Source: Thermoplasmata archaeon
GTDB taxonomy: Archaea; Thermoplasmatota; Thermoplasmata; Lutacidiplasmatales; UBA184
Reading direction: 5' to 3'
Length of the DNA stretch: 64,000 nucleotides
NCBI GenBank assembly: GCA_021819135.1
Contig: JAKASE010000001.1
Span: 75,375-139,374 of the forward strand
Positions 41,252 through 51,067 of this stretch are shown one piece after another (the stretch's first letter is position 1; each line of letters starts with the position of its first letter). A program made the position numbers and the translations under genes. Below the pieces are notes generated by a model. That model did not search any database. It had not been told where the DNA came from and saw only the letters and a program-made list of their open reading frames with translations.

Positions 41252-41268
41252 CCTAGCACGCGGGCCTG

Positions 41269-42032
41269 CTACCACCCGTCTACTTCGGGATCGTAGTCAT
41301 CGAGGCGCTCGAACCCTTTCACTCCGAGGATCGACAGCGCCGAGGGGGAGTCGAGGACCATTTGCCGTATGGTTCCGAGCAGATCCTTCTTCTCCCGTTT
41401 CTCGAGATCCTTCAGCACCTTGTCCAGATCCACGAACGACCGTGGCTTACGCTTGTACGTCTCGAGGAGCGCCGCCACATGCTTGCAGGGGTAGTATTCG
41501 GACGGACACGTGCACTGGGCCTCCTTCTTCCGTCCGGCCGAGGCTTGGGTCCGGTACACGCCGGAGTTCCCTTGGATTCGGCAGACCAAGGTCGACCCGA
41601 CCTTCATCCGTTCCCGCATCCGTGGGGAGTCCACATACTCGTCCACCCGGTCCTCCCACGAACGCCCCATTGCCGGGCTCACTGGAGGTAGGCGAGGCCC
41701 GCGCAATCGAAGCACTCCTCCGGAGTGCCTCCCATCGACCCGCTCGGAAGATACGAGCGCTCGTAGCGCTCCGTGCTGTACTTGTAGAACGCGAAACCCC
41801 ACACGTCCGGCCGCCCGGCATACTCGAGCCGACAGAGGTGGGTCGGAACACTCTCCACCTTCCCCGGCGAATCCTCGTCATAGCAGTAGGCATCCACCTG
41901 GGCGTACCGCCCTCGGAAGCGAACCTCCACCCGAGCGCATCGCTCCCTCCATCGCTGCTGGGCGCGAGCCCGAAGCCGCCCGGTCAACTCCCGCCGCAGC
42001 TTCGGAGGGATTCCCTCCGTCGACCTCTTCAT
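41269..42032 (-). pseudogene. SWIM zinc-finger protein, apparently frameshifted (frames 42032->41679 and 41802->41269)
   Basis: CTCPSEYYPCKHVAALL SWIM signature (CxCx(n)CxH) in downstream frame; upstream frame starts ATG 42032 overlapping IS630 transposase stop (ATGA). Confidence 0.5.
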
Positions 42033-43171
42033 CCCTTCTCCTCGCGATGCAGGGGTTCCGGGTTCTTGGACTCTTCCTCGGACCATCGCTTCAGGTCCGC
42101 TCGAAGGTCCTCCCGCGTGTACGTCCATCGGAAGGGCCGTGGATGTCGATTCCATCGAGCGAGGAACCCACGGATCCTCGCCTCCGCTTCCTCCCGATTC
42201 CGGAAATCTCTCGGTGTCAGTGCCTTCTTCGTCAGGATCGCCAAGAACAGCTCCTCCTGGTCGACCCAGCTCGCGTGCACCGGGGTGTGCACGGCCTGCG
42301 CTTGGGGGAACGCCCCTTTCAGCCATGGCCCGAAGCTCTTCGGATGATGGGCGCTCCCGTTGTCGATCACCCAGAACACCCGAGAGGCCGTGGCGTAGGG
42401 TTCCTTCTCCATCACCTCAGTGACGAAGGCACGAAACGACTCCGCGGTGTTTCGAGGGGGGAGCCCCCCGAACACATCCCCGTGTCGAACGTCGAGCGCT
42501 CCCTGGAAGCAGAGGGTTCCCTTGCGCGTGTATTCGAACTCCACCTTGCCGCGTTCCTTCGGCCGAGGGGCGCGGGTGGCCACCTTCCGCTGAAGGATCT
42601 GGACCCCGGTCTTCTCATCGGCACAGATCACTTGGTCCTGGGGCCCCAACGGCCGACCGTTCCACTGGCCTTCGTAGAGATCGAGGATCGGACCGGCTCT
42701 TTCGAGGAAGTCCGGAGCCCTCTTGTGGATCCACGTGCGATAGAACCACGGTCGAATCCCATCCTGGTGAAGGACCCGCCACAGGGTGGTCCGGCTGGGA
42801 AGCGGCCGGAGCCGTTCCTTCCGAAGGACGGAATGGATCTCGGAGAGGGAGAAGCGGCTGAGCGGTAGGCCCCGCTCGGCGGGCAACTCGCAGGCGATCG
42901 CCTTGAGGGTCGCCAAGGTGCGGGCCGGGAACTGACGAGGTCGGCCGGAGCGAGGTCGGTCCGCCAAGGCCGCCAGTCGGTCACGGACGAAGCGCTTCCG
43001 CCAAGTCTTGACGGTCTGGAGAGCGCAGCCCAGAGTTCGGGCGATCTCGTGGTTCGAAGTGCCCTCCGCGGCCAGAAGGGCGATCCGCGCACGCAAGACC
43101 TCGCGAAACGGAGCAGAGGTCCGACGAAGGCTGGCCTCGAGCCTTGAGCGCTCGCTTTCCGAGAGCACCAC
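42029..43171 (-). CDS. IS630 family (Tc1/mariner-like) DDE transposase
   Basis: 380 aa; N-terminal HTH, DDE region (ICADEKTG..., VIDNGSAHH...) typical of IS630; GTG start. Confidence 0.85.
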   Translation of the reverse strand: MVLSESERSRLEASLRRTSAPFREVLRARIALLAAEGTSNHEIARTLGCALQTVKTWRKRFVRDRLAALADRPRSGRPRQFPARTLATLKAIACELPAERGLPLSRFSLSEIHSVLRKERLRPLPSRTTLWRVLHQDGIRPWFYRTWIHKRAPDFLERAGPILDLYEGQWNGRPLGPQDQVICADEKTGVQILQRKVATRAPRPKERGKVEFEYTRKGTLCFQGALDVRHGDVFGGLPPRNTAESFRAFVTEVMEKEPYATASRVFWVIDNGSAHHPKSFGPWLKGAFPQAQAVHTPVHASWVDQEELFLAILTKKALTPRDFRNREEAEARIRGFLARWNRHPRPFRWTYTREDLRADLKRWSEEESKNPEPLHREEKG

Positions 43172-43440
43172 GGCGTAGCTGGGTGCGAGCAGTAGCCCAC
43201 CTCGATAGAGGTAGGCAACACTAGGCTAAGGACTTATGGAATGTTCCACTAGCGGCGACCGGGATCGGAACCGATCCGACCTTCTTCCTCGTCTACGCGG
43301 CGACCTACCTCGTCCAGGGGTCGAACGGCACCCGGTCGCTCCAGACGGACTTTGACATCCGGGTCGGGGTCTACGCGTCTTGGCTGGCCACCGACATTGC
43401 CACCAATACGACCTCGCGGACACTGCCGCTCAATTGGTCC

Positions 43441-45171
43441 GTGGCTCATACCATCTACACGGCATCCGGGAACTGTTCTTCGACGGCCATCGCCGCCGCT
43501 CCGGACGGTTCGTCGGTTGTGGCCGGGATCACGTGCGGCTCCACGTCCCGGGTGTTTCGTTCCACCCCGACGAATGCACTGACGTCATGGACTGCCCTTG
43601 GGACCCTTTCAGGAACCGGGCTCGAGCTCACCATCGACCCGGCGGGTTACGCTGCGGCCACGACGATCTCGGGTGGAGACGCCGTGCAGAGCGTGTTGCC
43701 GTTCCCGACCGGGCCCGTGACGTCGACCACCCTGGGACCGGCGAGCGCGGCCCGCCCGGTGATCCTTCGTACCGCCGAAGGAGCGGTTCAGGGAGCGGTC
43801 ACCGTTGACCCCGGAAGCTGGACCACGTTCTGGGCCACAACGGAGACCGGGCTCTCACCTATCGCCTACGGGATCTTCCGATTGCCTCAGAGCAACGCGT
43901 CCCCGGTGTTCAACGCGATCGGGTCGACCCAGCTCAGTGAACCCGGGGGGTATGCCAACCAGCTGTCGGTGGCGGTCGTGGGCGACACTCTCGTCGTCCT
44001 GACCACGGTCCAGGAGAACGGGACCATGGAAGCCGCGATCTCGGCCTCGGGAACCCAGGGGGAGACGTGGAACAGCCCGATCATCCTCCCGCTGACGATG
44101 GGCTCGATCATCGACCCCGAGATCTACGGCGGTCAAGATGGGAACATCTATGCCACCTGGTTGGCGAGCGACGGCGGCAATCTCTCCGCGATCGAGCAAG
44201 CCGTCCTCGCGCCGGACGGTCGGCTGCTCTCCGACCCGACCGTCATCCCCGGAGGGATTGGCCCGTGGCCGGTGAGTAACGTCGAAGTTGTGGGTTCAGC
44301 CCTCGATTCGTTCGAGCGTCCCCTGCTGGTGTGGGCAACGCCGGTCGGATCGAACGGGAACGCCCTGATCGAGACGGGCGCGTTCCCGTCTCCATCGAAC
44401 ATCGTCGGTCTCGAGCGAGACGCCCTGTGGAATCTCACCAGCGCGGACCTCGTCGGCTCGGGGAACGTGGCGACCTATGTGAGCGGCATGTCCGGGATCC
44501 TCACGAGCATCGCGAGCGATGCCGGGCGAGCAGGTTCGGGAGGATACTTCAACCTGGCCCGGAATCTCACCGCAGACCTATACCAGAACGACAGTCTCTC
44601 TTCCCTGGGCTACTTCGGCGAGCAGTCCTCGGGCAGCGGGAGTGGCAAGAAGTACACTCTCGCCGGAGGGGCGGACCTGACTCCCGCGGTAGAGACGGGT
44701 CCGGGATACTCCCCACCCGAGACGTATGGTGCCCTCGTTCCTTCGGTCGGCTTCGGTTCCGCCGCCACGTACTTGAGTGTCGAGACGGATTGGTTGCTGG
44801 CCTCCGAAGGTGTGGTCCCGGTGGCGGCTTCGAATCCGCTGAACAACGTCAGTCTGCCCCAAAGCCTGTCTTCATTGCCCGGATACGGGACGCCCGCCTA
44901 TCCGCACAACACGGTGGATGGGAAGCTCAGCTCCGCCACGGTCACCCCGAGTGTCATCAATCCGACCACGGCCGAGCTCGGGATCACCGGGTCCTTCCCC
45001 ACCTATCAGTACCAAACGACCACCGGCACGACGACCTGCGGGAGCACCCACTACCCCCTCCGAACCGATTCCTACACCGACACGCCATCGACCTTCTCGG
45101 ACACGGCCTTCGTCAACAACATGGTCACCGCGCTGGGAACCATTAGCAACCTGAACGGCGCAGCCTCATAG
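43441..45171 (+). CDS. Ser/Thr/Gly-rich sequon-dense surface protein (576 aa) with Asp-box-like motif, no signal peptide in-frame
   Basis: SGTQGETWNS Asp-box-like; many N-x-S/T; GTG start right after IS630; upstream in-frame sequence contains hydrophobic FFLVYAATYLV but no start codon. Confidence 0.5.
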   Translation: MAHTIYTASGNCSSTAIAAAPDGSSVVAGITCGSTSRVFRSTPTNALTSWTALGTLSGTGLELTIDPAGYAAATTISGGDAVQSVLPFPTGPVTSTTLGPASAARPVILRTAEGAVQGAVTVDPGSWTTFWATTETGLSPIAYGIFRLPQSNASPVFNAIGSTQLSEPGGYANQLSVAVVGDTLVVLTTVQENGTMEAAISASGTQGETWNSPIILPLTMGSIIDPEIYGGQDGNIYATWLASDGGNLSAIEQAVLAPDGRLLSDPTVIPGGIGPWPVSNVEVVGSALDSFERPLLVWATPVGSNGNALIETGAFPSPSNIVGLERDALWNLTSADLVGSGNVATYVSGMSGILTSIASDAGRAGSGGYFNLARNLTADLYQNDSLSSLGYFGEQSSGSGSGKKYTLAGGADLTPAVETGPGYSPPETYGALVPSVGFGSAATYLSVETDWLLASEGVVPVAASNPLNNVSLPQSLSSLPGYGTPAYPHNTVDGKLSSATVTPSVINPTTAELGITGSFPTYQYQTTTGTTTCGSTHYPLRTDSYTDTPSTFSDTAFVNNMVTALGTISNLNGAAS

Positions 45172-45174
45172 TAC

Positions 45175-46997
45175 CTACATCTGGCTGACCGCCGCCTTGC
45201 TCGCGCTCTCCAACCGGCTTACCGGCGAGGGAAACCTCGCCGGTAGCCTCCCCTGGACCGATCCGGCTAAATAGGTGTGGGTCTTACGTATGACCCACAT
45301 GGCGGTCAAGCACAACCGCGGCTCGGGCCGCTGTTACCTCTCCCAGTGGCGCACCTACCGCCGAGACGGCAAAGTCGTCAGCGAGTACGTCCGCTACCTC
45401 GGCCTCTGCCCCGAGCACAATGCCGGTCCCTCCACCTCCGTCCTCGACCGCACGGTCCACGGCTCTTCCTATCGGGCGGGAGCGGTCCGACTGCTCTGGA
45501 GCCTCGCCGACGATTTGCAGTTCCGGGCCTCCATCGACCGGATCTGCGGCCGAGATTCCGACCCTTCCGAGCCCTCTCCGGGCCAAACCCTGACGGCCTG
45601 GGCCATCAACCGGGTCCTCGATCCCGCCAGCGCCACCCGCCTCGAACTGTGGACGCCCACCACCGACCTACCTCTCCTCGCTGGGGTCTCGGCGGACGCC
45701 TGGGCGAAGGACACCTTCTTGCGCGCCCTCGACCGGATCTGCTACGACGACCCGGCGCTCGCCCAGGTGGTCGACCACACCGCCGAACTCGAGGAGACGC
45801 TGAGCGCCGGGTGGCGGGAGCGCCACCCGCTCCTGAAGGGGACGAAGGAGGTGATGGCCTACGACCTGACGAACGTGCTGTTCTTCGGCGTCACCTGCCC
45901 GATCGCCACTCCGGGTAGGAACCCCGATCACCAGAATCGGCTCCAAGTGAACGTCGGCGCCGTGGTGAGCCGTCACGACCGGATGCTCTGGCGGCACTTC
46001 GTCTACCGGGGGAACCGGCACGGCGTGGGAACGATGCGGAACCTCTTGGTGGAGCTCCAGCGGGCCCAAGTGGCCCCCGGATTGCTCATCGTGGACCGAG
46101 GCCTCGTGGGCCGGGAGATCGTCGAGGAGGTTCGGGCGGTCGGCTGGCAGCTGCTTGGGGGGCTCTCGCGGAGTTCGAAGGAGGTTCGGGAGATCCTCGA
46201 CACGGCGAAGCTGCGAGAGAACCCCTCGACGTTCGTTCAGAAGACCCGAACGGGGGCGATCTACGCCGCGAAGGTCCGGGCGAGGCTCTGGAAGTCGGAG
46301 CAGGAGGTGGTGCTCTACACGAACGCGGAGCACGCGATGGACGATCGGGTGGAACGGGACCGTGCGCTCTCGATGATCGGGAAGGTGCTCGACACGCTCT
46401 CGGAGAAGGGGAAGGACTGGTCGGAAGGGAAGCTCCACGAGGCGATCGAGGGCGTGCTCGGGGAATCGGCGGAGTTCGTGAACGTCCGGGTGCGTCGGGG
46501 CGGGGCCACGCCGAGAGTGGCGTGGTCCTTTCGGGATCGGGCGGTGAAGGCGGCGGCCCGGCGGGACGGGAAGTACGTGCTGCTCTGCACGGACCCGGGG
46601 CTGTCGGCGGCGGAGGTGGTGGAGCAGTATCTGGGGAAGGACTTCGTGGAGAAGGCGTTCCGGACGTTCAAGTCGGGGATCGAGGTGGAGCCGGTGCGGC
46701 ACCGTCGGGAGCGGCGGGTACGGGCCTACCTGTTCGTGTGTGGGCTCGCGTATCGACTGGAGATGGCGCTTCGGTGGAAGCTCCTGGAGGGCGGTGTGAA
46801 GCCGGAGGACGTAGCGGAGTACCAGGAGCGGCTGCTGGAGGAGCTCGGACGCGTGGAACGAACCGAGGTCCGGCTGGGAGCTCAGGCCCGAACGTGGTAT
46901 CTGAATGTCACGGACCGCGTCCGGGAGGGGTTGAGGCGCCTCAAGCAGACCGGGTTGCTCCAAGAAGGGCCCGTCGCGACCGCGGTACCGGCGTAGG
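45175..46997 (+). mobile_element. IS1634-family insertion sequence with 9-bp target-site duplication TCATAGTAC
   Basis: Direct repeats at 45166-45174 and 46998-47006 flank a 1.8-kb segment carrying a single transposase gene. Confidence 0.65.
45290..46996 (+). CDS. IS1634 family (IS4 superfamily) DDE transposase
   Basis: MAVKHNRGSGRCYLSQWRTYRRDGKVVSEYVRYLG N-terminus and C-terminal YLGKDFVEKAFRTFKSGIEV (Y-x2-R-x3-E-x6-K) signature. Confidence 0.85.
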   Translation: MTHMAVKHNRGSGRCYLSQWRTYRRDGKVVSEYVRYLGLCPEHNAGPSTSVLDRTVHGSSYRAGAVRLLWSLADDLQFRASIDRICGRDSDPSEPSPGQTLTAWAINRVLDPASATRLELWTPTTDLPLLAGVSADAWAKDTFLRALDRICYDDPALAQVVDHTAELEETLSAGWRERHPLLKGTKEVMAYDLTNVLFFGVTCPIATPGRNPDHQNRLQVNVGAVVSRHDRMLWRHFVYRGNRHGVGTMRNLLVELQRAQVAPGLLIVDRGLVGREIVEEVRAVGWQLLGGLSRSSKEVREILDTAKLRENPSTFVQKTRTGAIYAAKVRARLWKSEQEVVLYTNAEHAMDDRVERDRALSMIGKVLDTLSEKGKDWSEGKLHEAIEGVLGESAEFVNVRVRRGGATPRVAWSFRDRAVKAAARRDGKYVLLCTDPGLSAAEVVEQYLGKDFVEKAFRTFKSGIEVEPVRHRRERRVRAYLFVCGLAYRLEMALRWKLLEGGVKPEDVAEYQERLLEELGRVERTEVRLGAQARTWYLNVTDRVREGLRRLKQTGLLQEGPVATAVPA

Positions 46998-47008
46998 TCA
47001 TAGTACGA

Positions 47009-50000
47009 GTGCGCTGTTCAGGTAGCAAGTCGTCTTTCATTCCCAACCTCTATCTCCAGAACCTCTCCGCCGACCGGCTGTTCACCTGGTACGTTACCCT
47101 GAAGGCGACCTACGACGAGACCGATTACTGGATCATCCACAACGCGTGCACGACCCGGGAGGGTGTGACAAACCTGGGGAACAACGTCGTCCAGGGTCCC
47201 GCGTCGGTCTCGATGAGCGGGGGATCCGAGGACTCGACGACCTTGACCACTTCGGCCCAGGTGATCGAGAAGGGTACCAGCGATGTCGAGCTTCAGTGGA
47301 ATAACTCCATGATGGCGGATGGCCAAGGGGTCATCAGCCCGTCCATGGGCGGTAGTGGCCTCTCCGGGTTCGTCTACCAGGCGTCCTGGAACGACACTCA
47401 CACGTTCAGCAGTGGTGTGGCCTACGAAGCCGCCGTGAACACTTCGAGCTATCCGGGAGGTTGGAACAGCTCCTGGAAGCCGTCGATGTCCGCCGCCGAG
47501 CAGACCTCGTCACCGGTGCAGGCCACGAACTCCGTGTGTCAGTTCGTGTATCAGACCAACACGCTCAGCCTCCATGGACTCGTGGGGGTCGGAGGACCGA
47601 ACGACACCGCGACGGTGACTTGGTGGGCGAACGGCTTCGGGGTGGGCGTGCTCGAATACTCGGAGGTCGGCACGTCGTGGAGCCAGACCGTGACGTCGGT
47701 CGTAACGACCGATTCCAATGGGACTGACAAGTACACGGCGACCGTCCACGGCCTGCCCGGTACCGCGTTCTACTCCCTAACGGCCACGACGACGGTGGCC
47801 GCCGGGGGATGCCTCAGTCTCTCGAACGCGATCTCGTCCACGGCGTTCTTCGGACAAGGGTTCACGCTGACGCCGTTCGCGTACGCCTACGATTCGATCA
47901 CGCAGCAAGGTGGCGGTGAGGGGATCTACGCATACCTGTCGCCCCAGTTGTATACCCTCTACACGCAAAGCACGGTAAGTTCGACCGGAGGCTACCTGGA
48001 CTACGGACCGGCCAACGACGCGGGGCCGAACATCACCATCCCCATCTCGTCGCTATCTTCCATCACCTGTGGAGGGAACTGCTTCCTGGTGAACATCACG
48101 CCTACGAGTCCGAACCTGAACTATGTGGTCCAGGAGACGCTCAACTTCTCATGGGACGGCGGATCGTACTCCATGCACAGTGCTCCGACGACCTTCAACT
48201 ACCTCTGGGACACATCGGGGGATGGCCTGACGGATGCGGAGAAGGTCCGCGGCTGGAACGTGACCTACCAGGACCTTGCGGGCACCTACCACACCCGCCA
48301 CGTCACGGCCGAACCCAGCGCCTTTGCGACCAATGGACTCGTGGGAGACTACGTGGAGAAGGAGTTCGGGCTCGACCCGGGCACGGTCGACACGGCAGGC
48401 AGCCACATGCTCGATACATGGAACCTAACGTTCAATCTCCAGCCGGCAGGCGGGAGTCTACCTACCGGCTCGGACCTCCGAGTCTGGTACGAGAACTCGA
48501 CCTACGAGCCGTTCGCGGCAGGTCTTCAGTATTCCCACGGGCTCTATGAGACGGGCAATCCACCGGCCAGCGAGCGGAACGCGACCAACATCTCCGCCAC
48601 GGGAGGCGTCAACATCGGGGACGGGAGCCCATGGGCATCGACTGCGCTCTTCAGCTACCCCGCGCTCGAGACATTCGTCGGTCTGTCCGGTGTCCAGAAC
48701 GCGGGCTGGCTGCGGGCCGTCGAGGGGAGCTGGCAGGGGATCCCGACCCTCACGGTCGAAGGGAAGCTCTCTTGGGGGGCGGATCCCCTGGCCGCATCCA
48801 CCCCGAACGACGGGGTTTCGGACGGGGCGCGGGTCAACCCGCTCTACGATGTCGGTCTCGAGTTCCATTCCGTCTATGCGAACCTGACCGGGCTCGGGTC
48901 GGGCAACGATGGCAATGGCTACGCGGTCGAGATGGTCGAGGGCTACACCGATGATGGCGGGAACTGGCGATACATCAACAACTACTCCACGCCAGCGGTA
49001 TACGGCAACAGCAGCTCCCACCATGGAGACGTCACCGACTACACCACCACGTTGCCGGTGGGTCAAACCCAGCCGACCCAGACGATCTCGCTCGAGGTGG
49101 CGGAGAACATCACTCCGGGCCAGGGGCCCCAGCCGGCCTATATCAACGGGAGCGGTACCGGAATCTCCGAAACGTACGACCTCGTCCGAGGAGGCAATTT
49201 AGTCGTGAATGTCGTCGGCTGGTCCGGGCACGGCGGCTACTCCACGCTCTACGGGGTGTTCACGGAGGTGCCGATGGGAACCAAGGCGCCGACGTGGCTC
49301 TGGGTCCCCACGGACAACTCGACCGTCAACGGTCTCCCGATCGGCCTCCAGCGATACACCGGCGAGCAGTCGTTCGACCTCGTGGTCGTGAACGTCTCCT
49401 CCTCGGCCCTCTCCTCCGACCCGATCCCGCTCCCGTGGGGCGGGACGACACCGACCGGGATCCCGCTCTCGGCCGGCCTGAACGACTTCCTGGTCCCGCG
49501 GGAGCAGTTCCTCTACTCTCCCTTCGGCCAGGCGATCTTCCTCGGGAAGAGCACGAGCTTCAATGCCTCCCAAGCCCTGCCGTTCAACGGCTCGATCGAG
49601 TGGGGCGACATATCGGGGTTCGGCAGTCCGAACCCGATGGTCGACCTCGGCGCCTACTGGCAGAACCGGGCCATCGCCTCCGGACCGGGGAACATCACCG
49701 GGTATAACGAGACCGGTACCGCCGCGGGCACCACGGATGCCATCTCGGTGATGGTCGGTCCGTCCGCCACCACTGCCAACACCGGCGGCCTCCCCTCGAA
49801 CCCGAGCCTCTACTCGACCGTCGGCGATCCCTCGGCCCTGCAGTCCATCGTCACCCTCAACATCACCAGCCCGGACACGCTGGACCTCCTCCTCGCCGCC
49901 CTGCTCGATAACACCACGGGCGGATCCAACGCGGTGAACGGTACCCTCGAGTCCGTCACCTACCAGATCGGGTTCCTCGGACTGAACCCGACCGTACTCA

Positions 50001-51064
50001 ACGCGATCCCGAACGGGACAGAGCCGAACGACGGGCTCTACGGACAACCGAGCAGCACCTGGCCGCCGAACCCGCCGAGCAGCCTCTGGGGCTCCTTCTG
50101 GAACGCGGTCACGAGCTTTGTGGTCAACCCGCTCGGCACGGTCCTGTCGCTCGTCAACACCGTGTGGGACGCCGCTACGGCCGCGTTCACGTACCTGAAC
50201 CACCTCGCGCACGAAGCGGTCGCGATCGGGGCGGAGGTCGTGGCGCGGACCGCAGCCGCGATCGTGCAGGCGGGGAGGGAGATCGCGAACGCGTTCGAGG
50301 TGTTCTTGAACTGGCTCTACACGCTCGTCAAGGACGCACTTGCGGTGGTTATCGACCCGATACTTAACGCGGCCCAGAGTTTCGACAGCACTCTAGCGAC
50401 TCGGGCCAACGTGACTGTGAGCGACCAAGGCTCACTCGGTTACGTGACCCCCGCTGATGGGCTAACTTGGGCACGGGCATTCGACCCAGTAGCCTACCTT
50501 GGGTTTGCATTCGCAGTCGGTATCACCATCGTAATCGGGATTGTTACAGCCGTCACTCTAGGAGCAGGGTTCGTTGTCGGGGTGATCTTGTCCCTCATTC
50601 CCACGCTCGCGCAAGAGCTAATCCATGGACTGGCGACAGTGACGTCACTCACTTCGAGCGCGGTGACAACTCTCGAAGATAGCTTCTCCAACTCGGTCTC
50701 GCAGACTGACTGGGAAGCTTTGGCAGGTGCCGTATCGATCGGGGCGTCGAGCTTCGACTTCTTCTTTGCGTTGGCGACAGCGGCGATGAAGGGACTCACC
50801 AACACCATCGCAGGTACCCTCGCCCTCTCCATCATCGTTGACCTCGTCGTCTTTGTGGTGAGCATCGTGAACTGGGCGAGTCATCTCGCAGACATCGCCA
50901 TCGCCGCCCTCTTGCTGGCGGGCGCCGGAACGTATGTCGCGTTCAGAGCACTGGGTGCGAGCGCGAGCATTCCGGAATTGAAGACTTACGCCACCGTCTC
51001 CGTCATCTTGGCTGGAGTGGGACTTGCTGCTGCCGGGGCCGATGTCCATCTGGCGGAGTCGTGA
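47009..51064 (+). CDS. giant (1351 aa) N-glycosylation-sequon-rich surface protein with C-terminal multi-TM domain; no recognisable signal peptide
   Basis: >70 N-x-S/T sequons, S/T/G-rich beta-like sequence, 6-8 hydrophobic helices in last 300 aa; GTG start 12 nt after IS1634 end. Confidence 0.6.
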   Translation: MRCSGSKSSFIPNLYLQNLSADRLFTWYVTLKATYDETDYWIIHNACTTREGVTNLGNNVVQGPASVSMSGGSEDSTTLTTSAQVIEKGTSDVELQWNNSMMADGQGVISPSMGGSGLSGFVYQASWNDTHTFSSGVAYEAAVNTSSYPGGWNSSWKPSMSAAEQTSSPVQATNSVCQFVYQTNTLSLHGLVGVGGPNDTATVTWWANGFGVGVLEYSEVGTSWSQTVTSVVTTDSNGTDKYTATVHGLPGTAFYSLTATTTVAAGGCLSLSNAISSTAFFGQGFTLTPFAYAYDSITQQGGGEGIYAYLSPQLYTLYTQSTVSSTGGYLDYGPANDAGPNITIPISSLSSITCGGNCFLVNITPTSPNLNYVVQETLNFSWDGGSYSMHSAPTTFNYLWDTSGDGLTDAEKVRGWNVTYQDLAGTYHTRHVTAEPSAFATNGLVGDYVEKEFGLDPGTVDTAGSHMLDTWNLTFNLQPAGGSLPTGSDLRVWYENSTYEPFAAGLQYSHGLYETGNPPASERNATNISATGGVNIGDGSPWASTALFSYPALETFVGLSGVQNAGWLRAVEGSWQGIPTLTVEGKLSWGADPLAASTPNDGVSDGARVNPLYDVGLEFHSVYANLTGLGSGNDGNGYAVEMVEGYTDDGGNWRYINNYSTPAVYGNSSSHHGDVTDYTTTLPVGQTQPTQTISLEVAENITPGQGPQPAYINGSGTGISETYDLVRGGNLVVNVVGWSGHGGYSTLYGVFTEVPMGTKAPTWLWVPTDNSTVNGLPIGLQRYTGEQSFDLVVVNVSSSALSSDPIPLPWGGTTPTGIPLSAGLNDFLVPREQFLYSPFGQAIFLGKSTSFNASQALPFNGSIEWGDISGFGSPNPMVDLGAYWQNRAIASGPGNITGYNETGTAAGTTDAISVMVGPSATTANTGGLPSNPSLYSTVGDPSALQSIVTLNITSPDTLDLLLAALLDNTTGGSNAVNGTLESVTYQIGFLGLNPTVLNAIPNGTEPNDGLYGQPSSTWPPNPPSSLWGSFWNAVTSFVVNPLGTVLSLVNTVWDAATAAFTYLNHLAHEAVAIGAEVVARTAAAIVQAGREIANAFEVFLNWLYTLVKDALAVVIDPILNAAQSFDSTLATRANVTVSDQGSLGYVTPADGLTWARAFDPVAYLGFAFAVGITIVIGIVTAVTLGAGFVVGVILSLIPTLAQELIHGLATVTSLTSSAVTTLEDSFSNSVSQTDWEALAGAVSIGASSFDFFFALATAAMKGLTNTIAGTLALSIIVDLVVFVVSIVNWASHLADIAIAALLLAGAGTYVAFRALGASASIPELKTYATVSVILAGVGLAAAGADVHLAES

Positions 51065-51067
51065 CAG

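Larger units (their letters stand above)
35456..41260. mobile_element. putative tRNA-Thr-associated integrative element (integrase + lower-GC cargo); right boundary approximate, attR not found
   Basis: Integrase gene begins 45 nt after tRNA 3' end; GC drops from ~67% to ~55-58% between ~36750 and ~41260; cargo ORFs have no homology to housekeeping genes. Confidence 0.5.
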
